A DNA stretch of 62,277 nucleotides, the filler included. It is 4 parts of 4 records of this genome, joined end to end, with 100 filler letters (N's around TTAATTAATTAA, not from the genome) between each part and the next. Parts side by side here need not be neighbours in the genome. Positions count along the whole stretch, not along the records: positions 45,845 to 62,277 come from DRR378314_1968; 3 more parts are not named here. One strand, written 5' to 3'. The translations under genes were made by a program, and so were the position numbers. Below the pieces are notes generated by a model that was not told where the DNA came from, did no database searches, and saw only the letters and a program-made list of their open reading frames with translations. Positions 56,187 to 62,277 of this stretch are shown one piece after another (position 1 is the first letter of the stretch; each line of letters opens with the position of its first letter).

Positions 56187-58640
56187 ATGACTCAAGATGC
56201 AGTAATTTCTAGTTCAAATACATTATCATTTGATGATTTTCGTAAAGAAGTATTGAACGATTATAAAATTGCTCGCATAAGTAGAGAATGTAGTTTACTT
56301 GGAAGAAGAGAAGTTTTAACAGGAAAAGCGAAATTCGGAATTTTTGGAGATGGTAAGGAAGTGCCACAATTAGCCATGGCTAAAGCCTTTGAAAAAGGAG
56401 ATTTTAGATCTGGTTATTATAGAGATCAAACCTTTATGATGGCACTTGGAGAATTAACCGCTCAACAGTTTTTTGCAGGTCTTTACGCACATCCTAATAT
56501 AGAAGCAGACCCTATGTCTGCTGGTCGTCAAATGGGTGGTCACTTTGCAACTCACAGCTTAGATGAAAATGGAGATTGGAAAAACTTAACTCAACAATAC
56601 AACTCTAGTGCAGACATCTCTCCTACTGCCGGACAAATGCCTAGGTTATTAGGGTTAGCTCAAGCATCAAAAGTATATAGAGATTTAAAGGATTTAGAAA
56701 ACAATACTAAGTTTTCAATTAAAGGAAACGAAGTTGCTTGGGGAACTATAGGAAACGCAAGTACAAGTGAAGGATTGTTTTTTGAAACTATAAACGCTGC
56801 TGGTGTATTACAAGTTCCAATGGTTATGAACGTTTGGGATGATGAATATGGTATATCTGTACATGCTAAATATCAAACAACTAAAGAAAGTATCTCAGAA
56901 ATCTTAAAAGGATTCCAAAGAGATGAAAAAAATAAAGGTTATGAAATTATCGTTGTTAATGGCTGGGACTATGTTCAACTTATAGATGTTTATAATAGAG
57001 CAGCTAAAATTGCAAGAGAAGAACATGTACCTGTTTTAATTCATGTTAAAGAACTAACTCAACCTCAAGGTCACTCAACTTCTGGTTCTCATGAACGATA
57101 TAAAGATGCTAATCGCTTAAAATGGGAAAGAGAATTTGACTGTATTGCAAAAATGAGAGCATGGCTTTTAGATTTTGAATTAGAAAATGAAACTGGAGAA
57201 ACTCTAAAGTTTGTTAATGCAGAAGACGAACTAATCACCATAGAAAAAGAAGCAAAAAAACACGTTTCACAAGCTAAAAGAAATGCTTGGAATGCCTATT
57301 TAAACGAAATTAAAGAAGAAGTTAATACAGCTGTATCAATTATTGACAGAGTTGCATCTGTGAGTAGTAATAGTAATTTTATTTCTAAAATTAAAAATGA
57401 TTTAGCGCAAATTACTGAGCCAATCAGAAAAGATGTTTTAATAGCTGCTAGAAAAGTTTTAAGATATGTTAAAGATGAAAATTTTTCTGAAAAGACAGAG
57501 TTACAAAACTTCATCAAAAACAAAATAAATCAAGGCTATCATTTGTTTTCAACAAATTTAACAAGTGAAACTGAATTTGCTCCAACAGAAGTTGCTCCTA
57601 AAGAACCAACTTATGGACCTGATAAGAAAATGGTTGATGCTCGAGTAATCATGAGAGATAATTTTGATGCTTTATTAAACAAATATCCAGAAATTCTAAT
57701 ATTTGGAGAAGATGCAGGTTTTATTGGTGATGTTAATCAAGGATTAGAAGGTTTACAAGAAAAATATGGAGAAACTAGAATTTCTGATACCGGAATTAGA
57801 GAAGCGACTATTTTAGGACAGGGAATTGGAATGGCAATGAGAGGTTTGAGACCCATTGCTGAAATTCAATATTTAGATTACTTATTATATGCTTTACAAA
57901 TAATGAGTGATGATCTAGCAACTCTTAGATACAGATCAGCAGGGAAACAAAAAGCGCCATTAATTGTAAGAACTAGAGGACATAGATTAGAAGGTATTTG
58001 GCATTCTGGATCTCCAATGGGAGGAATCATAAATAACTTAAGAGGAATGCATGTTTTAGTACCAAGAAACATGACTAAAGCTGCAGGGTTTTACAATACT
58101 TTATTAGAAGGTGACGACCCAGCATTGGTTATAGAATGTTTAAATGGATATAGATTAAAAGAAGAATTACCAACTAATTTAGGTGAATTTAAAACAGCAA
58201 TTGGAGAAATAGAAGTTGTAAAAGAAGGAACAGATATTACTGTTGTCTCTTATGGCTCTACCTTAAGAATTGTTGAAGAAGCTGCTATAGAATTATTACA
58301 AGTAGGAATTAATATAGAAGTTGTAGATGCTCAAAGCTTATTGCCTTTTGATTTAAACCATAGCACTGTAAAGAGTGTAGCAAAAACCAACAGGTTATTA
58401 ATTGTAGATGAAGATGTTCCTGGAGGTGCTTCTGCTTATTTAATGCAAGAAATATTAGAAAATCAAAATGGTTATCAATATTTAGATAGCAAACCTTATA
58501 CTTTAACCGCAAAATCACACAGACCTGCTTACGGAACAGATGGAGATTACTTCTCTAAACCTTCTGCTGAAGATATTTTTGAAGCTGCATATCAAATTAT
58601 GCACGAAGCAAACCCTCATAAATACAAGAGCTTATATTAA
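56187..58640 (+). CDS. Fused alpha/beta 2-oxoacid (branched-chain) dehydrogenase E1
   Basis: Motifs GKAKFGIFGDGKE, SGYYRD, TPP-binding GNASTSEG...WDD, GHSTSGSHERY, DTGIREATI and EIQYLDY. Confidence 0.93.
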   Translation: MTQDAVISSSNTLSFDDFRKEVLNDYKIARISRECSLLGRREVLTGKAKFGIFGDGKEVPQLAMAKAFEKGDFRSGYYRDQTFMMALGELTAQQFFAGLYAHPNIEADPMSAGRQMGGHFATHSLDENGDWKNLTQQYNSSADISPTAGQMPRLLGLAQASKVYRDLKDLENNTKFSIKGNEVAWGTIGNASTSEGLFFETINAAGVLQVPMVMNVWDDEYGISVHAKYQTTKESISEILKGFQRDEKNKGYEIIVVNGWDYVQLIDVYNRAAKIAREEHVPVLIHVKELTQPQGHSTSGSHERYKDANRLKWEREFDCIAKMRAWLLDFELENETGETLKFVNAEDELITIEKEAKKHVSQAKRNAWNAYLNEIKEEVNTAVSIIDRVASVSSNSNFISKIKNDLAQITEPIRKDVLIAARKVLRYVKDENFSEKTELQNFIKNKINQGYHLFSTNLTSETEFAPTEVAPKEPTYGPDKKMVDARVIMRDNFDALLNKYPEILIFGEDAGFIGDVNQGLEGLQEKYGETRISDTGIREATILGQGIGMAMRGLRPIAEIQYLDYLLYALQIMSDDLATLRYRSAGKQKAPLIVRTRGHRLEGIWHSGSPMGGIINNLRGMHVLVPRNMTKAAGFYNTLLEGDDPALVIECLNGYRLKEELPTNLGEFKTAIGEIEVVKEGTDITVVSYGSTLRIVEEAAIELLQVGINIEVVDAQSLLPFDLNHSTVKSVAKTNRLLIVDEDVPGGASAYLMQEILENQNGYQYLDSKPYTLTAKSHRPAYGTDGDYFSKPSAEDIFEAAYQIMHEANPHKYKSLY

Positions 58641-59911
58641 GTTCTTTTCATTAAATCATTTCCTATTGCGCAATGTAAACATCGTTTATTTGCGCAATAT
58701 TTCTTTTTAAGCAATAACAATGCTTGTGTATCAAATGCACTTTTAGATTCCACTCCTATTGAATCAAATTTAGAAATAATATTATTTTTTTCTGGTTTAA
58801 TTTTATGCAATACCTGCCAAAATTCTTCATCAAATTCTTTATTTATTTCTTTATAATAATGAAATTTTAAAGGAAATATAGAATTGATTAACAATAAATC
58901 TACAAAACTCTTTGAAATTCTTTTAGCCCTATTTGGAGATACTTTTTGAAACGTATAATGGGTTTCCCAAAACCCAATTAATTCTACAGAAAACAATGTG
59001 TAAAAATCTTCAATATTAGTAATCTGCATTAACTTAGAAAATAAGGAAACATTTAAATGATACAATTGCACTATTTGAGCAATTCTTACAGTTGGAAAAT
59101 TACTGGGACGCATTTTAAAAAACTGAAAATCATTACAATTTAATGATTCTAATTGATGCTTATGTTTTAAAAAACCATATTCGTTTTTTAATTCTTGATA
59201 ATATGAATCTTCAATGTTCTCTTTCAAAAATCCAGCTTGACCAAATAAAAGCGCATTTAATTTTAAAGAATTATGACGTACTTTTCTAATAATTGAAAAA
59301 TCAATAGAACTAGCGAGTTTCAAGAATACGTCTCCATTTGTTTTTAAACCAAAATTTTTCATCAACAGAGAAAATAATACTGCTTCATAATCATTGCTAG
59401 TTCGCAACAATAACTCATTTATAAGAATCGATTTATCTTCTAGTTTCTCTAAATACAATCTGGTTTTCCAATTGCTCATTACAAAACCGCCTACATGTTT
59501 TATTGTGTTCTGACAAGGAATCCATTGTGTATCTTTAAAAGATAATCGGTAATAGTTTTCAAGAATTTTATCAGGAACTATCCCCTTTAACACCAGTGTT
59601 GGTATCTGCTGATTAACAGCATTAAAAACAGAAACATCATCTTCCCAAACCACATGTAATATTATTGATTGATAATTTTCATCCTTTTCATGTTGATGCA
59701 AATACCAATCTGACGACTTTACATGGATTTCAACATTACCTGCCCAAGTAATATTATCTAAAACTAATTTTGAGTTAAAAAAATCTGGACCAGCATTTTG
59801 GTTATGATAACCTGAAGTCAGCACTTGCAATACTTGCCTATCTTCAGTTATTAGTTTTTTGACAGAGAACAATTGATGTTTCCATACATAATGAAGAAAA
59901 TCTTCTTTCAT
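58637..59911 (-). CDS. DUF2851 family protein
   Basis: Motifs MKEDFLHYVWK, NAGPDFFN, WAGNVEIH.KSSDWY.H.H..D, RPSNFPT.R and C-terminal YC..KRCL.CAIG. Confidence 0.88.
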   Translation of the reverse strand: MKEDFLHYVWKHQLFSVKKLITEDRQVLQVLTSGYHNQNAGPDFFNSKLVLDNITWAGNVEIHVKSSDWYLHQHEKDENYQSIILHVVWEDDVSVFNAVNQQIPTLVLKGIVPDKILENYYRLSFKDTQWIPCQNTIKHVGGFVMSNWKTRLYLEKLEDKSILINELLLRTSNDYEAVLFSLLMKNFGLKTNGDVFLKLASSIDFSIIRKVRHNSLKLNALLFGQAGFLKENIEDSYYQELKNEYGFLKHKHQLESLNCNDFQFFKMRPSNFPTVRIAQIVQLYHLNVSLFSKLMQITNIEDFYTLFSVELIGFWETHYTFQKVSPNRAKRISKSFVDLLLINSIFPLKFHYYKEINKEFDEEFWQVLHKIKPEKNNIISKFDSIGVESKSAFDTQALLLLKKKYCANKRCLHCAIGNDLMKRT

Positions 59912-60030
59912 AGCCTATAAGTTTCTTTTTCGTTAATCAATTTACAAAAAATTTAAATCACCCAAGAAATTATCTATAGATACATTATTATTTACAATCG
60001 GTTTTTAAAAGATATCCATCATCTTTCTTT

Positions 60031-60038
60031 TAATTTTG
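60031..60038 (+). promoter_or_regulatory. Bacteroidota -7 promoter element
   Basis: TAATTTTG upstream of the nitroreductase gene. Confidence 0.6.
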
Positions 60039-60057
60039 CCAAATAAAAATTAAATCA

Positions 60058-60690
60058 ATGAATATTATAGAAAGTTTAGAATGGCGATATGCCACTAAAA
60101 AGTTTAACGAAACAAAATACCTTACCAACAATCAATTAGATATATTAAAAAACGCTTTTAATTTAACTGCAACATCATATGGATTACAACCTGTTAAATT
60201 AGTAGTTGTTAAAAACAAAGAAATACAACAGCAGTTAGTTGCGCATTCTTGGAACCAACAACAAGTTGCACAAGCATCACATGTGTTGGTTATTTGTATC
60301 CAAGAAAACTTATCTTCAGAAGATATTGAAAACTATTTTAAATTAGTAAAAGAGATTAGAAATACTCCTGATGAAATATTAAATCCTTTTAAAGACTTTT
60401 TAAAAAGTAGCATTTCAACAAAGTCAGAAATTGAAATTTTTGAATGGATGAAAAACCAAGCATATATTGCTTTAGGAAACTTATTAAATGTTGCAGCTGC
60501 AGAAAGAATAGACACCTGCCCAATGGAAGGCTTTTCTCCAGAAAAGTATGATGAAGTTTTAGATTTAAAAAAGCACAATTTAAAATCAACCTTAGTTTTA
60601 CCTGTTGGTTTCAGAGCTGAAGATGATTACATGAAAGATTTAAAAAAGGTAAGAAAAAATCTAAAAGATGTTGTTATAGAAATTAATTAA
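60058..60690 (+). CDS. NfsB-like NAD(P)H nitroreductase
   Basis: Motifs LEWRYATKKF, TSYGLQP, WMKNQAYIALG and DTCPMEGF. Confidence 0.92.
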   Translation: MNIIESLEWRYATKKFNETKYLTNNQLDILKNAFNLTATSYGLQPVKLVVVKNKEIQQQLVAHSWNQQQVAQASHVLVICIQENLSSEDIENYFKLVKEIRNTPDEILNPFKDFLKSSISTKSEIEIFEWMKNQAYIALGNLLNVAAAERIDTCPMEGFSPEKYDEVLDLKKHNLKSTLVLPVGFRAEDDYMKDLKKVRKNLKDVVIEIN

Positions 60691-60705
60691 AATTTGAAAT
60701 AATTG

Positions 60706-60713
60706 TATCTTTG
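60706..60713 (+). promoter_or_regulatory. Bacteroidota -7 promoter element
   Basis: TATCTTTG upstream of pepD. Confidence 0.65.
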
Positions 60714-60742
60714 AAAGCATTATAATTACTTAAAATATCAAA

Positions 60743-62206
60743 ATGAATTCAGAAATTAGAACTCTAGAACCAAAAACAGTTTGGAATAATTTTGCAAATT
60801 TAAACGCAGTTCCTCGACCTTCAAAAAAAGAAGAAAGAGTGATTGCATTTATGGTTGAATTTGGAAAAAACCTTAAGCTAGAAACTATTGTAGACAATGT
60901 AGGAAATGTAATTATTAAAAAGCCTGCTACTTCTGGAATGGAGGATAAAAAGACTGTGGTTTTACAAAGCCATTTAGACATGGTTCATCAAAAAAATTCT
61001 GATACCGATTTTGATTTTGATACTCAAGGAATTGAAATGTATGTTGATGGAGATTGGGTTACTGCTAAAGGCACAACATTAGGCGCAGATAATGGTTTAG
61101 GCGTTGCTGCAATAATGAGTGTTTTAGAGTCTTCTTCAATTCAACATCCAGCAATTGAAGCATTGTTCACTATAGATGAAGAAACTGGAATGACCGGTGC
61201 CATGGGATTAGAAGCAGGTTATTTAAACGGTGAAATTCTCTTAAATCTTGATACAGAAGAAGATGATGAAATTGGAATGGGATGTGCTGGCGGTATAGAT
61301 GTTACAGCTAAAAGAAACTATTCTCTAGAAAATACACCAAACAATACTTTAGCATACACTATTAAAATAAGTGGTTTAAACGGGGGGCATTCTGGAATGG
61401 ACATTCATAAAGGATTAGGAAATGCTAATAAAATAATGAATCGTTTATTGTTAGACGGATTTGAAAACTTTGGATTAAGAATTTCTGAAATTCTTGGAGG
61501 TAGTTTACGCAATGCTATTCCAAGAGAAAGTAAAGCTACTGTTGTTATTGATGCAGTTTCTAAAGAGCCTTTCTTTTTTGAAATGAATGAATTAATTAAC
61601 AATATTTACAACGAGTATAAAAGTTTAGAAAAAGATATTTCTATTGAAATATATGAAACTGAATCTCCAAATAGTATAATGGAATTAGGTGTTCAAGAAG
61701 GTTTTTTAAAATCAGTTCAAACAACTTTAAACGGTGTTTACAGAATGAGTCCTGATATAGATGGATTGGTTGAGACTTCTAATAATGTTGCAAAAATTAT
61801 TGTAAAGGGCGGAAAAATACAAGTAAACTGCCTTACAAGATCTTCATCAGAGACCAATAAAATTGACTTAGCAAACTCAATTAGAGCTGCCTTTGAATTA
61901 TCTGGTTTTGAAGTTGAATATGCAGGAGCCTACCCTGGTTGGTTACCAAATATTAATTCAGAAATCCTGACAGTTTTAGACAGTTTATACGAAAAACTAT
62001 ATGGAGAAAAAGCCAAGATAGCTGCTTGTCATGCAGGATTAGAATGTGGAATACTAGGGCAAAACTACCCAAACATGGGCATGGTTTCTTTTGGACCAAC
62101 AATATTAGGAGCGCATTCTCCAGATGAAAGAGCTAGCATTACTTCTACACAAAAATTTTGGAGTTTTTTAAAAGAAATTTTAGAAAACATTCCGAATAAA
62201 GCATAA
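60743..62206 (+). CDS. pepD: Aminoacyl-histidine dipeptidase (M20C)
   Basis: Motifs PRPSKKEE, LQSHLDMV, TLGADNG, DEETGM, GGHSG.DI, HAGLECG and HSPDE. Confidence 0.95.
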   Translation: MNSEIRTLEPKTVWNNFANLNAVPRPSKKEERVIAFMVEFGKNLKLETIVDNVGNVIIKKPATSGMEDKKTVVLQSHLDMVHQKNSDTDFDFDTQGIEMYVDGDWVTAKGTTLGADNGLGVAAIMSVLESSSIQHPAIEALFTIDEETGMTGAMGLEAGYLNGEILLNLDTEEDDEIGMGCAGGIDVTAKRNYSLENTPNNTLAYTIKISGLNGGHSGMDIHKGLGNANKIMNRLLLDGFENFGLRISEILGGSLRNAIPRESKATVVIDAVSKEPFFFEMNELINNIYNEYKSLEKDISIEIYETESPNSIMELGVQEGFLKSVQTTLNGVYRMSPDIDGLVETSNNVAKIIVKGGKIQVNCLTRSSSETNKIDLANSIRAAFELSGFEVEYAGAYPGWLPNINSEILTVLDSLYEKLYGEKAKIAACHAGLECGILGQNYPNMGMVSFGPTILGAHSPDERASITSTQKFWSFLKEILENIPNKA

Positions 62207-62217
62207 AAAAGCTGATT

Positions 62218-62247
62218 AAAAACCGTTGATAACTCAACGGTTTTTTT
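62218..62247 (+). terminator. Intrinsic terminator after pepD
   Basis: aaaaaccgttga-taac-tcaacggttttttt. Confidence 0.85.
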
Positions 62248-62277
62248 ATTTCTAAGAATGTTCATTATCCTTAACAA

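Overview
This window is not one genome. It is four contigs joined by identical 100-nt artificial spacers (N44-TTAATTAATTAA-N44 at 28079-28178, 38077-38176 and 45745-45844). Contigs 1 and 2 (1-28078, 28179-38076) come from a GC-rich, intron-rich eukaryote, probably a protist, whose splice donors are mostly GTRCG. I rebuilt its spliced gene models by hand: RPN1/PSMD2, a TOM1-like VHS-GAT protein, an ABC1/ADCK kinase, LUC7, a kynurenine aminotransferase, a Kelch protein and an SGT/SGTA-like gene. It also carries several unusual genes that the ORF track hides: (i) an 11-exon fusion of an eIF5A/EF-P-N-like domain, guanylate kinase and a degenerate Cu/Zn-SOD-like domain; (ii) an 11-exon PX domain fused to a prokaryote-type SAM methyltransferase, with a GC-AG intron; (iii) a stand-alone PRMT3/ZNF277-type degenerate zinc-finger protein; (iv) an orphan small, basic, probably mitochondrial protein. 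Contig 3 (38177-45744) is Rhodobacteraceae-like: betC, a PAS-GGDEF-EAL gene, TRAP dctPQM, a LacI regulator and a truncated tRNA-Arg(CCT). Contig 4 (45845-62277) is AT-rich Flavobacteriaceae-like core genome: AGCS symporter, RfbD-like SDR, K+ channel, PspC, uvrA, LOG, M1-like protein, fused 2-oxoacid dehydrogenase E1, DUF2851, nitroreductase and pepD. All family calls come from motif recognition by eye; no database searches were run.
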